Positions 1 through 11,800 of a stretch of 64,000 bases of DNA are shown here, piece by piece (within the stretch, counting starts at the first letter, position 1; the number at the start of each line of letters is the position of its first letter). Under the pieces are notes generated by a model. That model had not been told where the DNA came from. It ran no database searches and worked only from the letters and a program-made list of their open reading frames with translations. Where the stretch lies: contig JAAOMT010000299.1 in NCBI GenBank assembly GCA_016748015.1, positions 719,090-783,089 of the forward strand, in the 5' to 3' direction. The stretch comes from Geosiphon pyriformis uo1 (lineage: Eukaryota; Fungi; Glomeromycota). A program made the translations under genes and the position numbers.

Positions 1-887
1 CCCGCTATTGGTAATTTTATCTTTAATATTACCCTTGTTTAATTCTGAATTCTGTTGTTCCAATTCAGGAATATCATTTGAGCCATTATTGACATTGATG
101 CTTAATCGATTTTCCTCTTTGTTTTCTTTAATATGGCCGGCTTTTTGAGGTAGAATTGAAGATTCAAGCACACCACCATTTGTTTCTTTGTTTTTGGGAT
201 TTTGTATTTTATTACTTTCCATCACGCGACCATATATACAGAGTGTAACAGCCTGGTAGTTCCCGCGTAGAATAATAAAACGAGTTGTTGCCTACCAATC
301 CATTTTATAGAGCCTTAGTTAGAAGAAAACCCACAAAAAAGAACGATTTGAGGAAATTTGCAATCACCTCTGGTGAAAGCGTAACATCGAAACTTTGATA
401 TCCTTTAGTTTCGTCAAAAGAAATTGTTAGAGGGTGTAAGGGTAAATTTGGAAGAGCTTTTTTAGGAGATTTTGCAACATCAGAGGTGAGAGTCTTATGG
501 ATAAGAAAATGAAGATCAAACTTGGAGGGAGAGGTTTGCCTAGAAGGTTAACAATGCGGGATATAATTGATAGTTAATTTTCACAAAAAAGATTCTAATA
601 GCAAGCCGTGATTTCGCCCAAGGTCTTTTGGGAAAGATTTTTGATTACAAGTATATGGGCGCGTTCACTTACCCAGAATAATCACTTTTGCGAGTCCCTA
701 TGAAGGGTCTAAAGTTCTTGGGAACTATTCTAATTTCGGACAACACCACTCGTTGATGAAATCGTATACACTCCGTGGGCAATTCATCGTTTTGAAGAGG
801 CCCGGAAGTCAAGGAGTCAAAAAATAAAAGTTGAGAATCATTGGAACTGGTTCCCTGATTGAGACCATTGCCACCATTCGAGCTCAT
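1..887 (-). CDS. VIR: Virilizer/VIRMA-like protein (VIR_N domain), 5' part; exons 887-673, 539-368, 291-<1
   Basis: Spliced translation LLFFDSL..ECIRFHQRVVLSEIRIVPKNFRP..YSG/QTSPSKFDLHFL..ATTRFIILRGNYQAVTLCIYG follows the virilizer N-terminal pattern (LLFxDTF..V+F...V.I.E+R+IP..GxTSP..F.L..LVLRGxY..+TL.IYG). Introns 672-540 (GTAAGT..CTAG, 133 nt) and 367-292 (GTGATT..GTAG, 76 nt) keep the frame, which stays open to the window edge. CpGs are retained. Confidence 0.88.
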
Positions 888-1122
888 TATTGCTTTTGGT
901 AATAATAAACACTAAGTTGCTAAATAAAACGGAGTGTGACTAAACTATAAGTCTGACATCTATTTATCAAATAAATAGAATTTTTTTGTAACACAAAAAT
1001 ATTGAATCAAAGAAGCACTTATTTGGAATGTAATATATAACCATTTTAATTTTTTAAAATTAGAAAAAGTTTTAAATAAACAATTGAATAAAGTAAAACA
1101 TATTTAATGAAGTTAATATTAT

Positions 1123-1195
1123 AAATTTAGGGGATTATATACTTGCTTAAACTAACCTAAAATTAGTTGAAGCAAGTATATAATCCCCTAAATTT
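1123..1195. repeat. Near-perfect inverted repeat/hairpin (possible minimal MITE)
   Basis: AAATTTAGGGGATTATATACTTGCTT and AAGCAAGTATATAATCCCCTAAATTT are a perfect 26-bp inverted pair. After one mismatch it extends by AACTAA/TTAGTT around a 7-nt loop. Confidence 0.9.
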
Positions 1196-2199
1196 TAATA
1201 TAAAAAAACTTTTTTTATAATTTTATAATTATAACCAAAACAATAAGTAATATTAATACAATTACTTTAAAAGAAATTTTGAAAATATTCTTAATTTTCT
1301 AACTAAAAAAAAAGCAAAAAAACACTGAAAAAATACTTTATTACTTTAGTTTATTTTTTTTAATACATTTTTGTTTATAAAACAAAATATATTACTGGTT
1401 TAATTAAAAAAAAAGTTGAAATAAAATTCCAAAAAAAATACTTTTGTATATGTTTTTAGAAAAACATGTAAAAAAACTAAAAAATTTGTTGCTAAAACAT
1501 TGGTAATAAATTTTTTTATTGGTTTTTTAATATATAAAGATAGTAAAATTATATAAAATTTTAATTTATGTTTATAATAATAAAATTAACAGTTTTAATA
1601 ATAGTATTAATAATAAATATAACATCAAAAACATAAAAAATATTTACAAAAAAGATGAATTTTATTAATAATAATAATATAAATGCTTTTAAATTTAAAA
1701 ATAATATAAATTTTCAAAAAATTTATATTTAATTTTTTTTATTAAATAAATTTATTAAAAAATCAGACTTTAATTTTTTAAGTAATAATAAAATTTAATT
1801 GTTTTTTTGTGTTTAATAAATTAAAGTTTTTTGTTTTAATTTTTATTAAAAAAAAATATTTAATTATATGAATTTTTTGTTTTTAATATTAATTTTTTAA
1901 CAATTATTAATAAGAATTCTTAAAATAAGTTAAAAATTATTAAAAAATTGTTTTATTAAGTAAATAATTTTAAAGTTTTTATTTTTTAAAATCATTTAAT
2001 TTATGTTTATATTAAATTAAGCTTAAACAAAATTAAAAATTTAATAATAAAAATAAATATTATAATAAATACTAATTTAAAATATGTAAATACATATACA
2101 AATTAGAAAATAATTATTAAAAAAAACTTCAATTAATCTTTTTAAATTGGTTGTAAAAGCAATTTTTGCTAAATTTAATAAAATAATATTAATTAAATT

Positions 2200-4567
2200 A
2201 TAATTTATTAATATAAAACAAAAAACTATAAAATTTATTAATTATAAAATTATTATATTAATAGTATTTAAATAATTTGTTTTAATTAAAAAAATTTAAT
2301 ATATATAAAAAAAACCAAAAAAAAGTTTTTGATAGAAAAAACCAGTATAAATTATGGTAAAAAGAATGTTTTAAATGTTAAAAATTTAAATCAAATGCCA
2401 AAAAAATCCAAATTAATAATTAAAAAGATCTTAAATACATTTTTAAGAAAAATAAATTTTCAAAATTATAATGATAATAATAATATCTTTTTAAATGTTT
2501 TTGTGTTTCTCTTTCTTTTTTTAAAAATTTGGTTAATATATCTATTAAAAAATTTTTTGTTTTGGTTATTAATTTAAATAAAATTATTGAAAAGTCATTT
2601 TAAAAAAAACTTACAATAATTAAAAAATTGGTTTCAAAAATTAATAGTTTTAGAGAAGTATTACTTTTTTAAAATTTGTTAAAATTATTAAAACTACATT
2701 TATTTATGAATTTAGTTTAGCACAAATAACAAATTTAACAAAGACTAGAAATATATTTTTTTAATTTTAATTTCAAAAAGTCTATTATATATTTAGTTTG
2801 GACTGTAATTATTAAGAAGATACCAATTAAGACATTAATTAAGACTATATATATTGTGCTATCTAATTATAATATATTTAAGTTGATCAAAATACAATTA
2901 ATAAAACTATAATAAAAGGCTATAATAGAATTTAATTAATTAAAATATGATAATTTGATCATAATAAAATAGTTTATATTAATTAAAAAAAATATTATAT
3001 ATATAACTAAAACTAATATAAACAAAAAATTTTAAAATGCAAAAAACAACAATAGAGTACTACTTTACATATTGCTAATAAGAACTAATGTTTATAATAT
3101 CTGAAATTTTATTAAATCAATTAGTAGAAAAACATATGCTATTAATCATTATTTAATTATATATATTCAAGCCAAATGTGTTGTAATGTGTTTTAATTTT
3201 AGCACTTTATTAAATATTATTATGGAAACTATATTTGTATTAAAAAGTACTAATTTGTACTGGTTTTATTTAGATATAATTAAGTATATTAAATATGAAA
3301 AATTAAATTATATATTAATTAAATACTTAACTATTATAAAAGTTTTTATGAGCAGTTCCTCTTAAAAAGTTTTTTTGGAAACAGATAAAAGCAGATTAAT
3401 AGTTATTTATACTAAATATTCAGTTTTTATTGTTTATTTAATGTTTTTTAATAATGTTTTTTAAATAAAAATTGTTAATAGCTCTTTATTTTCTTCTTTT
3501 TCTAAACAAAATAGTTTGTTAAAAGTTGGTTTTTCTTTAAAAATAAAGTTTTTTTTGTTGGTTATATTAAACATTAATAATAAGTTTGCAGTTTTACTAA
3601 TTTTACAAAAAAAATTAGTAAGTTGACAGAAAAATTAGATGTACTTAGGCCAATAATTTTCTAGCTATATCCTAAATATTAGTTATTAGTAACTTTTTTA
3701 TTGCAAAATTAAAAGATAGATATAGCAATAAATAAAAATTTAAGTGCAATCATTAATAATATGATTGTAATAATAAAAAGTACTCTCTTTTTTATAAATA
3801 TTGTTAGATTAAAAGTAAGCATAAACAATTTATCTAATATAATATTAGGTCTTTTGGCCAAGATGAAAAATATTAATTTAAGTTTAGGCATCTTTTTCTA
3901 CCAATAACCAATTTGGTTTAAAAAATTGCTATTTGTAATATTAAAAGTATTAATATTTTTATTAAGCAGAAAGATATTATTTGTTAATGTATTAATTTAG
4001 ATAACATAATTTTTATTATTATGAAAACGAAATTAAAGTCTAATATTATGTTATAAATTATAAACAAGTTTGATAAAATACAGATTTTTATATTTGGTTT
4101 GAATAAAAGTTTTTTTTGATACTAGTATGACTGTTATTATAAATAATTTTTTGGTTTAGTATGTTTTGAAAATAAAAAAAATTTTAGATCAATTGATTTT
4201 AGTCTGTTTTTTGTTTAAAGACAAGTTTTTGGTTATAGTTATAAGGCTATATGCTAATGCTTTTTTTGAATTTAAGTTTAAACAAGCTTCAAAAATCAAT
4301 TTTTTTATTATTAAACAGTTAATTTTAGCACTTTTATAATATTAAAAAAAAGTTCAATAAAGATAGATCTAAAAAATATGTGAGCTTCAAGTTTTGTGTT
4401 AATTTGGTTTTAATAAATTTATTTAATAGATATTTGTTGGTTAAAGTCTCTATTTAGAACAATTTTAGAAATGTCAAAAAGGTCATAAATTATATTTTTG
4501 TAAATAAAAACTTATTTTTAGGAGTTGTAAATTATAGAATTAATATCATGTTTGATTTCTTTAATAC
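2200..4567 (+). mobile_element. Fossil non-LTR retrotransposon (LINE): ORF1 remnant and APE endonuclease part of ORF2
   Basis: ~3910-4567 reads LV*KIAICNIKSIN..MKTKLK..INYIFV..FDFFNT. With transitions reversed these are APE motifs (K+ATxNVRG, ETK, IDYIFV, xDH). Upstream ORF1-like coding is badly decayed and the left boundary is approximate. Confidence 0.65.
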
Positions 4568-5240
4568 TATTACAAGTTGAAGTAACAAGTTAATAAATAA
4601 TAAGAGATAACAAAATTGTAGAGTAATGAAAATTAAAAAAAAATTATAATATAGGAGTAAATTGAATGAATAAAGATTTAATATGCATAATTAGTCTCAT
4701 AAAAATTACAGTTATAAATTTTTTCTGGAAATTTGAAGGTTAAGGAATAGTCTGTAATTGTTAACAAAATAACACTACTGCTATTATTCTATGCCTCAAC
4801 TCAGCAATTCTTAAAATTAATAATAAATATCATTGTGCTTTTCAATTGTTTCTTTATTTAATGAATTACAAAATAAGTAATCACTTCTTAAGCTAATTTT
4901 AACAATACAAATCAAAAAGAGGAAAAAATAAAATATGTAAATACCAACAAGTAATTTTTTATCCCAAAATGTTTAAATACTTAAAGGTAGGAAAAAAAAA
5001 ATAAGCAATATGAGAGAAAGTAATTAATAATAAGTTTTATTTTATTACTTTAATCAGGTTTTTTTTACAATTAAGAGACTCATTGCTTATATAGCTATTA
5101 AAAATAGTCAATAAACAAGTCAATGGTCAAGTCATAGATCAGATCAATAATTACTATCTAAAAATAGAATGGCTAATTATATGATATCAGTAGCTAATAC
5201 ATGTAATAACTAATAAAAAGTATGGGTTTTAATCATAATA
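4568..5240 (-). repeat. 3' LTR of element B (subfamily B1)
   Basis: Decayed TG..CA ends (TATTAC..ATAATA). Matches LTRs at 23076-23775 and 41788-42428. Purine tract adjacent at 5241-5255 on the minus strand. Confidence 0.88.
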
Positions 5241-5299
5241 TCATCTTTTTCAAAGAGATTGAGCTCTGGCAAAATCAAGCTATTTATTGAATAATTTAT

Positions 5300-5677
5300 T
5301 TAAAAAGTTTTGTCTAACTCAAAACTAACTAGTTTATTAAAGTTTTTTGTGAATAAAATATATAATATCTGAGGCAAAATGAGTTTTGTATCTAAGAAAT
5401 CAAATATTTGTATAAGAGTTTTGGCTTTTTTAGCAATAATCAAAACTCTTGAGACATTTAGCCATATAATGTCCAAAATTTCTATCTGTATTTTTGAAGT
5501 TGTTTTCTTTATAAGTTTTATATCTTTTATAATTTCACCAAGACAACCATAAAATTTTAATTGTCTTCCATATAACAAGTTTTTGTTTATGAACAAAATT
5601 TTTTGGATTGTTTTTTCAATTGTACTAAAAAGTGCAAGTATTTTTGCTGTTATGCTTTTTAGCAGATATTTATTCAT
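5300..5677 (-). pseudogene. ORF3 (env-position accessory ORF) of family B, C-terminal open part
   Basis: 125-aa ORF between integrase and the 3' LTR. The same ORF recurs at ~22450-23105 and 31161-31879. Confidence 0.75.
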
Positions 5678-7978
5678 TTTGTTATCAATTTTTTCTCTTT
5701 TGGTAGTAGTTTTTTTTGGTCTAATAACAATATGTGTTCTATTATTATTAATTAAAGTAGTATTTGAATAGTTTTTGATCCAATATTTATGAAGAGTATA
5801 TAAAACATTTTAAATGTTTTGATCCAGAAAATAATTGTTTATGTTGATTGAAAATACTTCTGTTTTGGAAATGGTGTATTTATTTATACCTGATTTTTGC
5901 TGATCATTTGGGTCGATATTACCACAACAGATAACCAATCAGATTATTTGTAATATTTTTTAAATTATATACTATGAAAAAAACAATCATTAAAGATTGT
6001 TTCATATTGATTTTGTAAGATATAAAAGCTATTGTTCAAAACTTTGTTGACTAAAAAGAGTTCTTTTTACTAGCTAAAAAATTTATTATCATAAACATTA
6101 TTTTTGTCTGAGTGATATTCTAAAATTAAGTTATCAATACTTAAAAAAAGTGTTTTATGGATTTTTTTCTTTTTAAGCTTTTCTTGAAACTGTTTTATTT
6201 TTTCAAAAACAATTATTTGTGCTTTTATTAAGAAGTCAAGAATGATATTAAGTCTTTTTTGCAAAATGTCTTTATAATTTTCTATTGTGATTTCTTTGAA
6301 GAATATTGTTTCAATATTAGTTTTTATTAGTAGTATTGCTATTTGTCCATAGAGCAAATAAAAAAGTTCATAATTTGTTATGTCATAGTTGACAGTTTTA
6401 TAAGCAAACAAAGCTAAAAACAGTACTTTGTTCTATAAGTTTGTTTTTTTACTGGTTTTGGCTAAGATTTTATATAGTGTTTTATTAAAACATTCTACTA
6501 AGCCATTTGTTTAAGAGTAATAAAAAAAGAAAAGTTTATAATATATTCCCATTTTTCTACAAAGTTCTTCAATCAGTATACTGAGAAAAGCTTTTTTTTA
6601 TTAAATAAAAGTTTTTTGAGACAGCTGTGGCAGCAAATAATATTTTCATAAATAAAATTGGCTATAAAAACTGCTGTTTAATCTGAAGTGGCTCTTGCTT
6701 CTACCCACTTTGTAAAATAGTTAGTAGCTATGATAATGTATTTATTGCTATTAGAAGTTATTGTTAAAAATCTAATAACATCTATGTCAATTCTGTTAAA
6801 TAGTTAACCAACAAAGATTAAATAAATATCTTTTTTGTGATTAGGTTTTTTTTTCTTTGGCAGATGTTACAGATTTTGATGTACTCAGCAATATCTTTTT
6901 TCAAGGTAGGTCAATAATAGTAAACTAAGATTTTTTGTATTGTTTTTATTTTTTCAAAGTGTTTAGTTAATGGATTAGTGTACATATTGTAGATCACAAT
7001 TTTTTTTCCTTTAAATTTGATAACTTTTTAAGGACAATCAAAATTTTTTCTGTTTCTTTTATATAACTGGTTTTGGTGAATTAAATAGAAATTTAATTGT
7101 TTGCACAAATATTCTTTTTGCTGTTGAGTGTATTCTGATAGATATTGTTCTTTACCCAAAAATTCCATTAAGACAGAGTAGTTATCCAAGTCTATTATCA
7201 TGTTTGTTAAAGGAAAAATTACTAATAATTAAGTTAGTTTGGTTGAGAGATTGTACTATTACTGAATAGTAAGTCTAGAAAAAGCATTGATGTTTTGATG
7301 ATTTGTTTCTTTGTAGTGTTGAATGTTATAGTTAAATTTATTCAGATAGAATATCCAGTAAATTATTTGTTTGTGTTTCAACTTCTTTTTGTTGTGCAGT
7401 CAAACCAAGACTTAATAATCTGTTATTATTAAGAATTTCACATTAATAAGATATTGGTCCCAGTAACTAGTAATCCAAACTACTGCTAACTATTCTTGTT
7501 CAGTAATTGAATAGTTCTGTTTTATTGGTATAAAGATTTTATTAACATATGCTATAGCATGTTTTCTGCCATCTTTATCTTTTTGTAAGAAGACAGCACC
7601 AAGTCTATAGCCAGATATATTAGTGTGGAGAATAAAAGATTGGTCTAGGTTAGGTTGTTTAAGAATTAGTTTAGTAACAAGTTTTTCCTTTAGAGTTTTA
7701 AAAGCTTTTTGTTAATAAGTGCTTTAATAATAATTGACATTTTTTCTGAATAGCTAATTGAAAAGAAAGGCGATTTTAGAGAAATCTTTGATAAATTTGT
7801 AATAATAAGAAGCCAAATTAAGGAAAGAGCATAGTTTAGAAACATTCATTGGTTGTCAAATATTCTGAACTTTTTTAATTTTAGCTGAATCAGAAAAAAT
7901 TCCATCTTTTGCAATAAGATAACCAAAAAACTAGGTGAATTGTCATTCAAAAAAAATTTAATTAGGTTTATCTTGTGA

Positions 7979-8854
7979 TGTTACTCATAGAATATAGAAA
8001 GTATATTAACATATAAATTAGCCAATTAGAAGTAGCCATAGTAAATGTGGAATTCCAGAATTCCTCTTAAAAGAATTGCAAGATTCCAGGAATTTCAGGA
8101 TTCTTATACAAGGAATCACAGGATTCCAGAATTCCAGAATTTCTTTTAAAGGAATTGCAGAATTCCAGAAATTCCAGGATTCCTGATGAGAAGAATTAAG
8201 GAATTGAGGAATCTTAATTATGTATATATAGCAGTAGTATTAGAAGTATAAAAAGCAGAATCTTTCAGTTAAAGATCTCTCAATTTAGATTTAATCTAAG
8301 CAACCTTCCATTTACAAATATTAATAAATAATTATTTTCTATTTAAATCCACTTTTTACTATTAATACTTCATGTTAATAGTAATTAATACTTAACTACA
8401 CTAGAACAATAGCTCTTGATCACAGCTATTGATGGGTTACTAACTTTTATTGCCTTGGCTTATTTCTTTATTTCTTTATTTTTCTTTTATTTCTTTTATT
8501 TTTTTTGTTATTTTTTCATTGTGTACTAATTAATTAAGAGATTAAAGCGCTAAATTATTGACATCAAGGATTACCTGGTAAAAAACTCCTGCAAGTGGAT
8601 AGAGCATGTAAAAAAATTATGGATTATTTACCAGAGGAGTATCAGCCATTAAGCTGACAAACAAAATTAACAGAATTGCAATTTTGGAAAGCTATGGATA
8701 AACAACTATTAAATCTTTGTCTATTATACAAAGGACTTAAACCAAAACTTTCAGATAACCATACCTTCAGATTATTATCATTGCGAATAGTTTCTGAGCA
8801 CCAAGTTATGAGTTTTGTTATTTAATTTGAGATCCCAAATAATTACCTGAAACA
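7979..8854 (+). repeat. 5' LTR of element A
   Basis: Direct repeat of 16599-17459. Contains a GGAATTCCA-type tandem array (~8049-8215) and TATATATA at ~8224. Confidence 0.96.
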
Positions 8855-8856
8855 TT

Positions 8857-8873
8857 TGGTGCTCCCTGTGAGG
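8857..8873 (+). promoter_or_regulatory. Primer-binding site TGGTGCTCCCTGTGAGG
   Basis: Begins with TGG 2 nt after the LTR. Complementary to a tRNA 3' end CCTCACAGGGAGCACCA; tRNA identity not determined. Confidence 0.88.
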
Positions 8874-11800
8874 TATAATCTTACAGAGAACCAGTACCAA
8901 CAACATCTTTCAAAAGTGGCAGAATCAAAAATCATAAAAGCAAACCATTTAGGATTTACCAAATCCTTGTTTCAACAATACAGCCAACAATTAAGATTAA
9001 ACAATAATTATTTCCCAGCAGAATCAGTCTTTAACTTCTATGTTAACAATAAAATCACAGACTGTTTAGAAGGAACAGTTAACATTAAATCCACAAGAGA
9101 AAATTTCTATACAGAATTGTTCTAACATACCAGCTTACCAAGAAACTACAGTTTTGCATCAATCATCAGGGAAATCAATCAAACTATTAAAAAGTACACT
9201 CAACAACAATTCTTCATTACCTACACAGACAAAGGAAAAGAAAGATTGCAAACATCAGTGGTAACACCAAAACAGATATAACCACCCACTTAGAAGAAAA
9301 TCAGAGTTAAATTACCAACCAATTTATCATACCATTATACATCAGAAAATGTCATTAATATCTTCTTAGTAAACACATCCACATTAAAAGTAACATTAAC
9401 CTTTGGACAATTCCCATTTCAGAGTAAACAAAGAAGATCAGAATTATTAAAACCATATGGCAAATATTTTGAAGAATTTAAATTGCAATTACCAATACCA
9501 TCAGGATTTTGATTACTGCTACCTCAACCAGATTTTGAAACTGTGAGTTCATGAAAAGTAACAAAATCAGAAAAAAAAGAAAGTAAGAATCAGGAATTTA
9601 CTTACCAAAACCTGATCATAGAAAATCCAGAAGTTAAAACTCTGAACATTCAAATCCAGCAAACTTAAAACAATCTAAACCCTGAAACAATTAATCAACA
9701 AAACTTACCTCCAGCAATTGTCATTAATCAGCCACCAGCTGAACTGATTCTTGAATCAATCCAACAGCAGCCACTTCAGCAATCTATTCAACAACCGCTT
9801 TAACAACCCCAGCAGCTGCTTCAATAGCCACAACAACAACTACAGTCACCACCACCTTAACAACCAATTGTACTAATAGCTTATGCCCTAATAGCTAAAC
9901 TCGAGAAATTCACCAGTAAAGAGGATGATGCCCAAGTCTGGCTGAATGATGTGGAAAAAGTTATCACAGCTAATGGATGGGACAATGCCAGAGCCATACA
10001 AGCCATCTCTTATTTTCTCCAGAATACTGCTGACTTATGATATTAAAGCTTAGCCAATAAATCACAGGATTTCAATGCATTTAAGCTTGCATTCTTACAA
10101 TACTTTAGCAATAATAATAGTATTAATTGCCTAGCAAATACCTTCACTACCATCAAACAAGAAGAAAATGAAGCAGTCACCACTTACTTAGGATGCTTTT
10201 ACAGAAATCTGCATCAAATTTAGGCCATACAGGCTGATTATTTTACAGTGCCACAAATCTTAAATCAATTCATTAGAGGACTGTGCAGTAGCATCTTCTA
10301 ATGCATATGCCCAATGCATCCAGTAGATCTTTAAGCTGCAGTTACAAATACCAGAGATTTTGAAGCAGCTGAACTCAAAGCTAATCACATCCAAACTGTA
10401 AATCTAGTAATAAATAGATCATCTGACTTGAATTCTAAATTGAAGCAATTCAGTGATTCAATTAATCAGAAATTAGAGGGATACTTAGCTGACAATTGCA
10501 CAATTTATTAACCATCACAATGACGCAATAATTCAAGAAATGTAAATTGTTTCCAAAATTAGTCATGTTCATTATTATCATCTAATCAGCCATAGCAGCC
10601 AGAGACATGAGTTTGCCACAACTATGGTAAACAAGGTCACATTAGAGTTAACTGCTATTCTTATAGTAATCCATGATCAGAAAATCAATACCAAAACTCT
10701 GATTGCAGAGTTCAAATCCCAAATCAGTACTCAAATCAAGAACAATATTAGTCTACTTACCTGCCAATAATACAGCAAGCAATATATTAACCACCTGTAT
10801 ATCAACTTCCAGTTTATTAACTACAGTCACAAGTAATATATCAACCATTGCAGTCATAAATAATTTATCAGACATCCACAATTCAAATACCACCATCAAA
10901 CCCAGCTCAGATAATATCAGAAAATCCTAGATCAAGAGTCATGCAAAATTGGAGATCGGTAATAGTTGTTTACCAACCAATCTCCAGCTCCTCCATGCAA
11001 CAATTAGGATTATGTTCTCGGAATTCGGGAACTGGACATGCCCAAAACCTGAATTCCCAACACTATTTAAGTTTCCTAGTTACCCCAGAAGATGCCCAAC
11101 CCAATAATCCAGAAACCAACCAACAATCAACACTTACCAGCAATATTCTACCAGCTACTATCACTGAGAACAAATTACTGGACACCATCTTCTCATTTAA
11201 ACTCGAAGAACCATCAACCATGCTATTATTTAGTGGAGCTGCTCTTAAAGAAAAACCTATTAACATCATGTACACTGATGCTAAAGTTGATAGCCACTCC
11301 ATCAAACTGATCCTAGACAGTAGATCAGCTGGCAGTATCATCACAAGACAATTCATGGACCAATTAGGTCATCAAGTTAATTGAACTGCCAGTGTGCAAA
11401 TCATCACTACTGATAGAGTGACTAAAACTCCGATTAGTGAGATTGATGACTTCTCTATAGAAGTCAATAGCATCATCGTGCCAATCAAGATATTAGTTAT
11501 GAAAGTAACTCAATATCAAGCATTTGTTGGTAATAATTGGCTGTTCAAAACCAATACAATGCTTAAATAGAACATGCAGGAGCTCCAACTCAGCCAGAAC
11601 AGTTAACACACATGTGTACCAGCCATGTGTGGCCATTTCAAGACCACCAACATAACAGTACCACTCATCAAGTTCAAGGAAGAAGAGAAAAAACCTACCT
11701 GGGAAGCCTACCAAGTTTTTTGGACCAACAAAAACCATAACGAGTTATCACTAATACTTTCTGGTGACAATAATAAAAAAAGAAAATGAAGAAAAAAACT

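Noticed and set aside
2329-2577. 82-aa K/N/I-rich ORF (and 3709-3891) as host genes
   Set aside because: Chance open frames in AT-decayed LINE sequence; CpG-free, with no gene structure.
8049-8215. GGAATTCC repeat arrays as CRISPR-like repeats
   Set aside because: Short degenerate tandem units without unique spacers, inside LTRs, in a eukaryotic context with no cas genes.
8857-8873. tRNA gene
   Set aside because: Only a 17-nt complement of a tRNA 3' end (PBS); no cloverleaf.
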